Source: Candidatus Heimdallarchaeota archaeon (GTDB taxonomy: Archaea > Asgardarchaeota > Heimdallarchaeia > Heimdallarchaeales > Heimdallarchaeaceae). Taken from it: a DNA stretch of 14,345 nt. The notes under the pieces are model-generated. The model made no database searches. It saw nothing but the letters and a program-made list of their open reading frames with translations, and was not told the origin of the DNA. The position numbers and the translations under genes are program-made. Of this stretch, positions 1 through 8,387 are shown in pieces. Location: the NCBI GenBank assembly GCA_030668825.1, contig DAOVET010000067.1, positions 1 to 14,345 on the forward strand, given 5' to 3'. Within the stretch, counting starts at the first letter, position 1. Each line of letters begins with the position of its first letter.

Positions 1-372
1 GTTCTTGAACAAGGAGAACTAGTAGAAGTTGGTACTCATGAAGAATTGATGAAGAAGGATGGTGTCTATGCAGACCTCTATAATACCTATTATGTTCATC
101 AAGGTCTTGAAGATATTGAACTCTCTGTAGAAGAACTTGAACCTGAAACCCTAGAAGCTGAACAGCAAAAACCAATGGCTGTACCAACTGGAATGTCAGC
201 TGCTATGTCAGGTCCAGGAAAAGGATCTATGGCTGGAGGAAAACCTGATAAAAAGCAAATTAAGAAGCATTTTCAAGCAATGAAGAAAGATGGAAAAACA
301 GAAGAAGTTAAAGAAATGAAGAAAAAGATGAAACGAAAGGGTGGGGGAATGGGTGGTATGGGTCACCCGTAG
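1..372 (+). CDS. 3' end (partial, starts upstream of window) of an ABC exporter ATP-binding/permease protein (MdlB/ABCB-like) with a low-complexity C-terminal extension
   Basis: Frame 1 is open from base 1: VLEQGELVEVGTHEELMKKDGVYADLY matches the typical C-terminus of exporter NBDs (xxxxGxIVExGTHxELLxxxGxYxxLY). The ORF-track start at 46 is an internal Met. Stop TAG at 370-372. Confidence 0.85.
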   Translation, partial: VLEQGELVEVGTHEELMKKDGVYADLYNTYYVHQGLEDIELSVEELEPETLEAEQQKPMAVPTGMSAAMSGPGKGSMAGGKPDKKQIKKHFQAMKKDGKTEEVKEMKKKMKRKGGGMGGMGHP

Positions 373-400
373 TTTACTTCTTTTCTTTTCTTATTTTTTG
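373..400 (+). terminator. Oligo-T archaeal-type terminator overlapping the end of the convergent gene
   Basis: tttacttcttttcttttcttatttttt directly follows the stop at 372. On the minus strand the same bases encode the Lys-rich end (KIRKEKK) of the APH gene. Confidence 0.45.
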
Positions 401-1393
401 AGTAACTTCTGTCAAACTTAATAGACTTAAATCTATAGATTCATCATTTTTAGCAATAGGTGCATCTAGACTTCTTAGAAATTCTGATAAAGCATAAAAG
501 AGATTTAACCCCTCTAAAGATTCTAAATTTATCTTCCTTTTGGAAAGATAGGTATTCCACATCATTCTTCTGAAATCGTTAAAATTCTCTCTCCATTTCC
601 ATATTCCATATCCCCACTCAAAGAAGTTAAATTCCCAGACTGGATTTCCAATCCTTGCAGTTTCCCAATCTAGAATTCCAGTGATTTTCATGTTTTCCTC
701 TGAATCAATCAGGATTTGATCTTCATGGATGTCACTATGAAGAAAAACAGGTGATAAAGCCACAACTTCCTCTAAACAATAAAGCCATAAGTCTACTGTA
801 TCTTTTGAAAGAAGTTCTTTTCCTAATTCGTGACCTTGTTTATTGAGATAATCTTCCAATATCCTATAGGTGGATGAAAGAGATTCCTTTAATGTTGCAT
901 GATTTAAAGTTTTAATTTCCCACTCATACAATTTTGGATCAAATAGCTCTCTTTCTTTTATTTTTTGAGGTATAGATTCTAATGGGATATTATGCCAAGA
1001 AGCAAAAAGATTTGCGAGATTCTGCAGCATTTTAGTAACACTGCTAATGGGAAGCTCCGGTTCGAATTTTGAATAAGCTGTACCTTTTAATCTGGAAACC
1101 ATTGCAAATTCATAATAAGAAATTGTATCATCTTTTACTCTTTCAAATAGAACAGGAACAGGAATATCGTTGAACTCATTAAGAACTTCATAAGCTTGGA
1201 TCTCAATGTCTAGCCATTTAACTCCTCTAGGATCGCGTGGAAAAAGAAATACCTTATCATCACTATACAGAATTAATTTGCGCCATCCATCAAAATTTGC
1301 TTTGAGATTCTCAGCATTTATAGACATCCTTTCACAAAAATTTTCTAGTTGTTGATAATTTAAGACTCCATACACTGAGTTATCGATTTCCAT
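374..1393 (-). CDS. Aminoglycoside phosphotransferase / choline kinase-like (APH) family protein
   Basis: Brenner-type motif FLHSDIHEDQILI, metal-binding motif ITGILDWETARIGNP, N-lobe KVFLFPRD, E-helix IEIQAYEVL and IPVP motif; 339 aa. Confidence 0.85.
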   Translation of the reverse strand: MEIDNSVYGVLNYQQLENFCERMSINAENLKANFDGWRKLILYSDDKVFLFPRDPRGVKWLDIEIQAYEVLNEFNDIPVPVLFERVKDDTISYYEFAMVSRLKGTAYSKFEPELPISSVTKMLQNLANLFASWHNIPLESIPQKIKERELFDPKLYEWEIKTLNHATLKESLSSTYRILEDYLNKQGHELGKELLSKDTVDLWLYCLEEVVALSPVFLHSDIHEDQILIDSEENMKITGILDWETARIGNPVWEFNFFEWGYGIWKWRENFNDFRRMMWNTYLSKRKINLESLEGLNLFYALSEFLRSLDAPIAKNDESIDLSLLSLTEVTQKIRKEKK

Positions 1394-1496
1394 AGCTCAA
1401 ACTGTAGAATAGTTGTTTTAATTGTTTCTCTCAAAGATACTCAAGTTTCTGGTTTCTTCGATAGATTTATTATCGTTTCAAATTCCTAATTGACTA
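1394..1496. promoter_or_regulatory. Divergent promoter region, probably giving leaderless transcripts
   Basis: TATA-like TTTATTA at about 1466-1472 lies roughly 25 nt before ATG 1497. TTAAAA on the minus strand at about 1417-1422 lies roughly 25 nt before ATG 1393. No SD motif is seen. Confidence 0.4.
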
Positions 1497-2105
1497 ATGA
1501 GTAAAGAACTAAGCCAAGAGAATCAACCTAAGGAAGAGGATGTAGTTAGTGATGAAATTAGGAAATTGAATAAGTCTTGGTATTCTAATCCCTATTTAGT
1601 TGTTGCTAGCTTGATTCTTGGTCCTACAACATTCGTAGGAGCGTTTTTTATAGACTATTATACAGTTTGGCATTCTGTAATTCAAACAATAGTTTTCGTG
1701 ATATCAGCAGGATTTTTTGTTATAATCCTTTCATATGGGTTCAATCTATTATGGCTTTACTCTTTAAAGAAGAAAACAAATGGTGACTATTTTATTTTAA
1801 CAGCTATTCAATTAGGAGTAATTATTCCACTCATAATTAATACAGTAAAAATAATTCCATATATATCGTTAGAAAAAACTCATGGATCTTCGATTTTTCT
1901 AGCATTAACTATTGTCTATTTCATTGTTGCTGGTATTTTGGGAACAACAACATATTTTACTGTTAGAAAAATAAAACAGCCAATCGACACTACTGATTAC
2001 ATAGTTTACATAGTAGCTGTAATTCTGGGAGTTATATTTGCTCTAGCTACATACTACGGAGTATTCTTCTTTGACAAATTCTCGATAAATCATGTGTTTG
2101 GATGA
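1497..2105 (+). CDS. Hypothetical polytopic membrane protein (about 5 TM helices)
   Basis: Charged N-terminus followed by several hydrophobic ~20-aa segments (YLVVASLILGPTTFVGAFFI, TIVFVISAGFFVIILSYGF, FILTAIQLGVIIPLII, IFLALTIVYFIVAGILG, YIVYIVAVILGVIFALATYYGVFFF). No recognisable family motif. Confidence 0.75.
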   Translation: MSKELSQENQPKEEDVVSDEIRKLNKSWYSNPYLVVASLILGPTTFVGAFFIDYYTVWHSVIQTIVFVISAGFFVIILSYGFNLLWLYSLKKKTNGDYFILTAIQLGVIIPLIINTVKIIPYISLEKTHGSSIFLALTIVYFIVAGILGTTTYFTVRKIKQPIDTTDYIVYIVAVILGVIFALATYYGVFFFDKFSINHVFG

Positions 2106-2184
2106 ATTTATCTAAAGAAAGTATGAATAAAATGTGTTCGAATATACACAAACAGTTTTTTTAAAGACTATATTTAATGTAGAT

Positions 2185-2209
2185 TGAATTTATATTCATC
2201 AGATGGTGA
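2185..2209 (+). promoter_or_regulatory. Palindrome TGAAT-N4-ATTCA and archaeal SD GGTGA upstream of the permease
   Basis: tgaatttatattca at 2185-2198; ggtga at 2205-2209, 9 nt before ATG 2219. Confidence 0.45.
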
Positions 2210-2218
2210 ACAACAGCT

Positions 2219-5200
2219 ATGAAGAGAAGTTTCTCAAAGGGAATTGTATTTTCCATTATCTTAGTAATAGTGTTTTCTACTGTAACCGTACAGCATTCTA
2301 ACGCTCTCACAACTCCAACCATTAATGAGAATATGTTGCTTACTAAATATTCTAAGGATGTAGCATACTTTAGAACTGAAACTGTAGTTGATAGTTTCAA
2401 TCAATCTCACTTCTTTATGCAAATATACTTCTATAATGGAACTTTCGCAATTTTTCATGTCTTTGAGAATATAATTTATGAGCTAGAAAGAGATTATTAT
2501 TCCTTTGAGCTTTTTGAAGTAAAAGAACTCAATGGCTCTGTTTCATTATTCTATGCCTATAGAGGTCAAATTTATGGAACAGTGATAAAAGTGTATAACT
2601 GGAACAATGGTATTTCATCAATAACCACCTTATACACATCTCATGATGAATATTACAACATAGGTGTTTTTCAAGACGAGGACAGTTACCATCTTTTGCT
2701 TCCTAACTCTATAAGTTATTATGATACTAGAATTAATCACATAAGACATTTCTTTAATGGAACTGAAATCACCAAAATTCATAATCTTCCTTATTCACTA
2801 TATGATCTTAGTGAACTTTTATTAGTTGAGAATCAAGTATTCGCATTTTATCAAAGTTATAATTATAATGAAACAGATGAGTCTATAACTCTATATCTAG
2901 TTGGAATAACGGATTCTGGTCATTTCAATTCTACAGTCTATGAGCTTGATGTTCGTTGGTTTAGTGCTCAGATTACTGTAAGCACAGATAAGAAGTTCTA
3001 TTTAGTTATGATGACTGAAAATGTTATTTCTGCAACTAAATTTGGTATCAATGAAACAATTGATGATAACTCTTTTAGGCATATTAATCTTGATGATTAT
3101 TTCTGGGGAACTTTCGAAATCTTCTCCTATGAAAATTACACATACATTGCTTATATAGAATCTGATTTCTTCTATCTTGAATATCCTAATGGCAGAAATT
3201 ACGATAACACTGCCAAAACTTTTACAGTAATAATGGATGATAACCAAACTCTACAACAGGACAAAATAGTAATTGATGATTATAGTACAGATTATCCATA
3301 TGTTTCTTTTAGTTGTTTTATAATGGCTAATGGTTCGTATGCTGGTCATTATTTTTCCAAAATAGAATCAAAGGAAATAGAGGAATACAGATTCATCGAT
3401 AAATACATTTATTCACTGAAAGTCTATACTGATTTAGATGTTTATGTTCCAGAGACGCCTCTATTATTTGCATTAAAAGGATACTCATCTTTCGCTTATT
3501 TTTGGATAAAATATTGGTCAGCAATTATTGTCCCGATAGCTTTCCTAGGAATAGCCTATGCAATCTTTCGTAAGAGAATAAATCGTTCAGTTAGAAAAAT
3601 GGTCACTTTCTTAACTAGACCTATAGTACCGAATATGGAAAAATGGAAACTGGTTTTAATCAATTTGTGGCTATTTATTAGAAATTCTTCAAATCTGATT
3701 TTTACACTGTGGAAAGCAAATAAGAAAAGATTACTAATAAGTCTCTTAGGCTTAACAATACTAGCTTCAATAATTGTTACAAGTACTACTTTGTTTGATT
3801 CGAAAAGAAATACTCTGATTATGCAATATGTAGAATCAGCCAATGTTAACCATGATAATAATCTCTCACTTATGTATAATTTCAATCTTGTAGAAACTTC
3901 TGATGCTGCACAGAATTTTATCAACGAAAATTATACGGAAATGGCTATGAGTGCAATCATGAATCGTATAACGACATCAACGTCTTTGTTTGCAAGCATT
4001 ATATCAGGTTACAATTACGCTTATGAATCATATCTTATTTCATACAACTTCTCGAGTGGATATGAAGATTATCTTCCAATTACTTATCTTGGAGCTCAGG
4101 AGAACTATAGTTCTGTTATTAATCAACTACTTGTCGAAGGTAGATTACCTAATCAGACAAATGAAGTACTGGTTTCATCTTATGCTTCAGTTTACTATAA
4201 CATTAAAGTTGATGATGTTTTAGTTGTAAATTCTACCTCATATGCTGGATTTGTAGACTTCTCTAAAATGAATCTTACAGTTGTAGGAGTATATTTTGAA
4301 CCAGCACATTCACTACTTGAGACTATTTGTGATGCTTATAACCTTCCATCGGACCCTATATCAAGTATATCTTATAGTTTTCTTCCAACTCTAGTTACAT
4401 TTACACCCTATTATTTAGAAAATTTCGAAAATGTATCAACATATAGCTTTGATTTAATGGGAAAAGTACAATTTCAATACGATTTTAGTTCATTGAATCC
4501 TAAAGATTTGGGAGTGCTTATTGAGGAGATAAACCAAATTAGAGATGATGGTCCTTTTCGGTTTGTTTTTGATCAAGATGGAAGCTGGGAAGTACTAGGA
4601 GAACTAGTTTACACATTTGCAGGAATAGGATTTGAAATGCAAACCACACAGTTCTTGATAATATTCCTATCTATCCCTATTCTTTATCTTGCATTGTTCT
4701 TGACACTTGAGGTAAACGAAATATTTAGTACAAGTTTCGAGCAAGAAATCAGAATTCTAAGCTCAAAAGGAGTCTCAACGGGAATGATTACATTCATTTA
4801 TTCCTCCATGAAATTCTTTGAATCGTTAGTAGCTACATTCCTTGGTTTTGGAGTAAACATGTTATTACTCCCAGCTTTACTCAAGATTAATAAATTCATT
4901 ACATTTGAATCTCCTCTCTACTCTCTCAATCTAGTAAGTTTACCAGCGGCAATGAGTGCAACTTTTCTGCTCTTAGTCATTATTTCTGTTCCAAGAATTA
5001 TTATCATTTCTAAAACAAAAAAGAAAGTAGAGAAACCTCCAAAGCAATTCATTCAGTTAATGAAAAATATCAAACTCCACTATTTTCTAACCATAGGATT
5101 TGGAGTTGGACTAACTGTACTATCTTATTGGTTACTTAGTATATATGCCTTTGATATTGCCTCATCAGGTTCAGCATTGTTAGTAATTTTCATCTATCTT

Positions 5201-6523
5201 ATGGGGATTGGAGTTATGATTGCCTTGTTAGGAACAGGATTACTTATTAGAGAAATACACAAGATTCTCATGATTGCTTTAAGTAAGACTGCTTGGGTTA
5301 TAAGGAAGAATCTTTTCTCACTTTCACTGGTTGAGATCAGATCAGATATCAAACTATTCAACAACACTTTTCTAACGTATATAATATTGGTGAGTATAGT
5401 TATACCTTTTGCAGTTTCACCGATGTTGATTCAAGATAAAACAATGACAGAAGCATATTTCTACGGTGGAAGTGACATCTATATAACTAACTGGGATGAC
5501 TATAATGCTTCTTTGGCTATTGAACTTCTAGGATATTCGGAAATCGTATCAATAACAAATGTATCTCAGATAAAAGGAAATTATCATTGGAATAATTTTG
5601 AATTCTTTTTATTAAATGATACGGAAGATTATCTTTCCACGGCTTATAAACCTAAGAAGAATCTGTTTGAAAATTGGGATTCTACAATTATACAATTAAA
5701 TGATACAAGAAGAATGCTAGTATCAGAGCCATTTTATACAAATATAGCAGATGGAGAGGATATCTACTATTTTGTGAGAGAAGGTCCAGTGAATGATACT
5801 TTAATTCAATATAACATCGTATCGAGTTTCAATTACTTCCCGATAGTTTATGATGAAGGTACTGATGAACAAAATGATCCATTTTTCTCCCTAGGAATAT
5901 ACTCTTTGGTAATGACTTTGGAGAGTTTTCTATTGATCGCTGATTTGATAGAAATAACAGAAAGAACATTTGAGAGATTATTGATTAATATTAAAGATGG
6001 AGTGAATCAAGAGGAATTTGCTACAAAACTAAAGACAGATTTGGGAATTGAAGTTCAAACAACAAATGAAATGGCTGATGTAAGACTATTCAGTTTAATT
6101 CCATTCTATTCAGTGTTGGTAGCTGAATTTGTTTTTGGAATTCTAATTTGTATAGCGGCAGTAGTATTTACTTCATTAAGTAATCCTTTGAAGATGCTTC
6201 AAAGAAGAATTGTCAAACATGATATAATGAAGAAAATTGGCTTGCCGACGAATAGGATTATCTTTTTATCTGCAATAGAACTGTTTATAGCTTGCATATT
6301 ACCAGGATTGGCAATAGGAGCTGCTGGAGGATATGGATTACTTCGTTTATTTAGCTGGATATTCATAAGTCCGCCATATTCAGGTGGGTTACCATTTAAA
6401 ACTATAATACCATATCATGTAGGTTTGGTTATTTTCTTAGGAGTTCCATTGCTATTCTATTCAATATTCATCGTATCGATGAAGAGAAATTTTGCTAAAT
6501 ACAGACCTAAAAATTTGGAGTGA
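2219..6523 (+). CDS. Giant FtsX/MacB-type ABC permease (two fused permease repeats) with a signal peptide and an extra ~400-aa N-terminal ectodomain
   Basis: Signal peptide MKRSFSKGIVFSIILVIVFSTVTVQHSNA. MacB-like ectodomain motif LVEGRLPNQTNEVLVS...IKVDDVL...LTVVGVY. Two FtsX motifs: EQEIRILSSKGVSTGMITFIY...E and KHDIMKKIGLPTNRIIFLSAIE. About 11 TM segments. A LolD-type ATPase gene follows immediately. Confidence 0.9.
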   Translation: MKRSFSKGIVFSIILVIVFSTVTVQHSNALTTPTINENMLLTKYSKDVAYFRTETVVDSFNQSHFFMQIYFYNGTFAIFHVFENIIYELERDYYSFELFEVKELNGSVSLFYAYRGQIYGTVIKVYNWNNGISSITTLYTSHDEYYNIGVFQDEDSYHLLLPNSISYYDTRINHIRHFFNGTEITKIHNLPYSLYDLSELLLVENQVFAFYQSYNYNETDESITLYLVGITDSGHFNSTVYELDVRWFSAQITVSTDKKFYLVMMTENVISATKFGINETIDDNSFRHINLDDYFWGTFEIFSYENYTYIAYIESDFFYLEYPNGRNYDNTAKTFTVIMDDNQTLQQDKIVIDDYSTDYPYVSFSCFIMANGSYAGHYFSKIESKEIEEYRFIDKYIYSLKVYTDLDVYVPETPLLFALKGYSSFAYFWIKYWSAIIVPIAFLGIAYAIFRKRINRSVRKMVTFLTRPIVPNMEKWKLVLINLWLFIRNSSNLIFTLWKANKKRLLISLLGLTILASIIVTSTTLFDSKRNTLIMQYVESANVNHDNNLSLMYNFNLVETSDAAQNFINENYTEMAMSAIMNRITTSTSLFASIISGYNYAYESYLISYNFSSGYEDYLPITYLGAQENYSSVINQLLVEGRLPNQTNEVLVSSYASVYYNIKVDDVLVVNSTSYAGFVDFSKMNLTVVGVYFEPAHSLLETICDAYNLPSDPISSISYSFLPTLVTFTPYYLENFENVSTYSFDLMGKVQFQYDFSSLNPKDLGVLIEEINQIRDDGPFRFVFDQDGSWEVLGELVYTFAGIGFEMQTTQFLIIFLSIPILYLALFLTLEVNEIFSTSFEQEIRILSSKGVSTGMITFIYSSMKFFESLVATFLGFGVNMLLLPALLKINKFITFESPLYSLNLVSLPAAMSATFLLLVIISVPRIIIISKTKKKVEKPPKQFIQLMKNIKLHYFLTIGFGVGLTVLSYWLLSIYAFDIASSGSALLVIFIYLMGIGVMIALLGTGLLIREIHKILMIALSKTAWVIRKNLFSLSLVEIRSDIKLFNNTFLTYIILVSIVIPFAVSPMLIQDKTMTEAYFYGGSDIYITNWDDYNASLAIELLGYSEIVSITNVSQIKGNYHWNNFEFFLLNDTEDYLSTAYKPKKNLFENWDSTIIQLNDTRRMLVSEPFYTNIADGEDIYYFVREGPVNDTLIQYNIVSSFNYFPIVYDEGTDEQNDPFFSLGIYSLVMTLESFLLIADLIEITERTFERLLINIKDGVNQEEFATKLKTDLGIEVQTTNEMADVRLFSLIPFYSVLVAEFVFGILICIAAVVFTSLSNPLKMLQRRIVKHDIMKKIGLPTNRIIFLSAIELFIACILPGLAIGAAGGYGLLRLFSWIFISPPYSGGLPFKTIIPYHVGLVIFLGVPLLFYSIFIVSMKRNFAKYRPKNLE

Positions 6524-6530
6524 TGAAAGA

Positions 6531-8285
6531 ATGATAACATGTAATGATGTGATAAAAGTCTATTATGATTCTGATACAGAACTTAAAGTTGCAGCGTTAA
6601 GAGGAATGGATTTGAAAGTAAAAGAAGGTGAGCTTGTGTCAATCATCGGCCCGTCGGGGGCTGGCAAGACCACTTTAGTAAAAATTCTTTCTGGTATAGA
6701 ACAACCTACTAGTGGAGACGTAATAATCAAAGGAAAGGATTTTGGAAAGCTAGATGAATTTGAAAGAAGAGAATTTAGATTCAATCATTTAGGAATTATT
6801 AACCAATTTACTAGTGAGAATCTGTTCACACATCTAAGTGTTAGACAGAATCTCTTGATCCCAAAGAAACTATTCTTCCTGCCAAAAGAACAATCTAAGA
6901 AAGAGGTTGATGAACTACTAAAAATTCTGAATCTTCAACACGTTGAGCAGAATGTAGTTGATAAATTATCAGGTGGTGAAGCAATGAGATTGTCAATGGG
7001 AGTTGCTTTAGCTAAAAATCCCACCATTTTACTCGCAGATGAACCTACAGGTCAATTAGATTCGATGAACACGCAAGATATGATAGATACGATCAAACAA
7101 GTCAATCTGGAAATGGGTAAAACGATTCTAGTGGTGACACATGACATTAGGTACAGAAATGTTTTCGAGAAAAGTTTTGTTATCAGAGATGGAAAACTTG
7201 CAGGTATTGGAAAGGATATTGGTAAAGATGAACTGGAATTTCTTTTACATGCTACAGAGTTGAACCGAGCCTATTTGGACTCATCTAATTATGTTAGAAT
7301 TCCTGATGAAATCAAAGCTGTTACTGGATTAGGGGAACTTGTAGAATTTGACACCCATCCATCACGAAAAGTAGGGCTTCTTTGGAATCCTGAAAAAGTT
7401 ACTAGGGAAGAAGTCTACGAGATTGTGTCTAATCCTTTAGATGACTTTGATGAGAAAATAGAACAGGTCTCCTTTGAAGAAGTTGAGAAGCTTCTGGGTA
7501 GAGAATTCATCCCACCTGAGAAAGCTAAACCTATTGTGAAAATTAAGAAAATGTCAAAAGGTTACCAATCTAGAGCTGGTTATACAGAAGTGATTTCAAA
7601 TCTTGATTTAAACATTGACAAAGGAGATTTTGTTTTTATTTCTGGTCCTTCAGGAGTTGGTAAAACCACCCTTCTAAATCTCATTGCTGGATTGATCAAA
7701 CCAAACAAAGGATCTATAAAAGTGCAAAATTTTTCTATAAGTGATTCAGGTGAAAAGCAAGTATCACTTTTTAGATTGAACAATATAGCATATATTACTC
7801 AACATAATAATCTGTTTGGTCCTTTGCCGATTAAGGATAATTTTATCCTTCCTAATATATTCTCTAGAAGTAAAAGTGATAATGATTATAGTCTATCCAT
7901 AGCAAAGGAGTGTTTTATTGATCATAAACTTGATTCTTATCCTGGAGAACTATCTGAAGGGGAAAAACAGAGAGCTGCTCTGGCAACTGCTTTAACGAGA
8001 AGGACAAGTGTGATTCTTGCTGATGAACCAACAGCAAATCTGGATACAGACCTTGCACGATCTATAATGGATTTATTAATGGATATAGTTAGAATCAATC
8101 AAGCGACAATTGTCACTTGCTCACATGACCTTACACTTCTTCGACCTGGTTTTCGACACATTCGTCTGCTAGATGGTACGGTTCTAGAGGACAGTAGAGT
8201 CACTAAGAAAGACCTGAAGGAAATTGTTACAGAATACCTTCAAATCAAGAAAAACAAAGGAAAACGAAAAACCAAGAAGAAGTAA
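6531..8285 (+). CDS. Tandem double-NBD ABC ATPase (LolD/MacB-type x2) with an AbrB-like linker
   Basis: NBD1: GPSGAGKTT, LSGGE, ILLADEPTG, VVTHD. NBD2: GPSGVGKTT, LSEGE, VILADEPTAN, TCSHD. The likely start is ATG 6531 (584 aa), preceded by GGAGTGA overlapping the permease stop, rather than TTG 6492. Confidence 0.92.
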   Translation: MITCNDVIKVYYDSDTELKVAALRGMDLKVKEGELVSIIGPSGAGKTTLVKILSGIEQPTSGDVIIKGKDFGKLDEFERREFRFNHLGIINQFTSENLFTHLSVRQNLLIPKKLFFLPKEQSKKEVDELLKILNLQHVEQNVVDKLSGGEAMRLSMGVALAKNPTILLADEPTGQLDSMNTQDMIDTIKQVNLEMGKTILVVTHDIRYRNVFEKSFVIRDGKLAGIGKDIGKDELEFLLHATELNRAYLDSSNYVRIPDEIKAVTGLGELVEFDTHPSRKVGLLWNPEKVTREEVYEIVSNPLDDFDEKIEQVSFEEVEKLLGREFIPPEKAKPIVKIKKMSKGYQSRAGYTEVISNLDLNIDKGDFVFISGPSGVGKTTLLNLIAGLIKPNKGSIKVQNFSISDSGEKQVSLFRLNNIAYITQHNNLFGPLPIKDNFILPNIFSRSKSDNDYSLSIAKECFIDHKLDSYPGELSEGEKQRAALATALTRRTSVILADEPTANLDTDLARSIMDLLMDIVRINQATIVTCSHDLTLLRPGFRHIRLLDGTVLEDSRVTKKDLKEIVTEYLQIKKNKGKRKTKKK

Positions 8286-8300
8286 TTTTTCTTCTTCCCA
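8286..8300 (+). terminator. Oligo-T/pyrimidine terminator
   Basis: tttttcttcttccc directly after the TAA at 8283-8285. Confidence 0.45.
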
Positions 8301-8310
8301 AACAGATTCT

Positions 8311-8380
8311 AAACCTTTTTATAGAACAAGATACATAAGAAACTTTAGACTTGTCTTCACTTTGAAGACTAAGTGGGTGA
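8311..8380 (+). promoter_or_regulatory. TATA box, inverted repeat and SD of the surface-protein gene
   Basis: TTTTTATA at 8316-8323; GTCTTCA-ctt-TGAAGAC at 8353-8369; GGGTGA at 8375-8380, 7 nt before TTG 8388. Confidence 0.55.
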
Positions 8381-8387
8381 AAAAAAA

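Noticed and set aside
331-372. GGMGGM tail as evidence of a chaperonin gene
   Set aside because: The upstream in-frame sequence matches an ABC NBD C-terminus, not a chaperonin.
2161-3924. Minus-strand ORFs 2161-2400, 2261-2458, 3002-3247 and 3556-3924
   Set aside because: Short antisense shadows of the 1434-aa permease with no motifs or expression signals.
3990-4223. 77-aa alternative-frame ORF
   Set aside because: Nested within the permease, with a TTG start and no recognisable features.
6492-6530. TTG start overlapping the permease by 32 nt
   Set aside because: ATG 6531 has an SD-like GGAGTGA and begins where LolD-type homology normally starts.
6644-6671. GC-rich patch atcggcccgtcgggggctggcaagacc in AT-rich DNA, with weak hairpin potential
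   Set aside because: It encodes Walker A (GPSGAGKT). The third-position GC is slightly odd, but the patch is too short to support a claim.
6563-7783. Two mutually similar antisense ORFs (VVLPAPDGP at 6563-6784, VVLPTPEGP at 7580-7783)
   Set aside because: The similarity simply mirrors the two Walker A motifs on the plus strand, a common shadow-ORF artefact.
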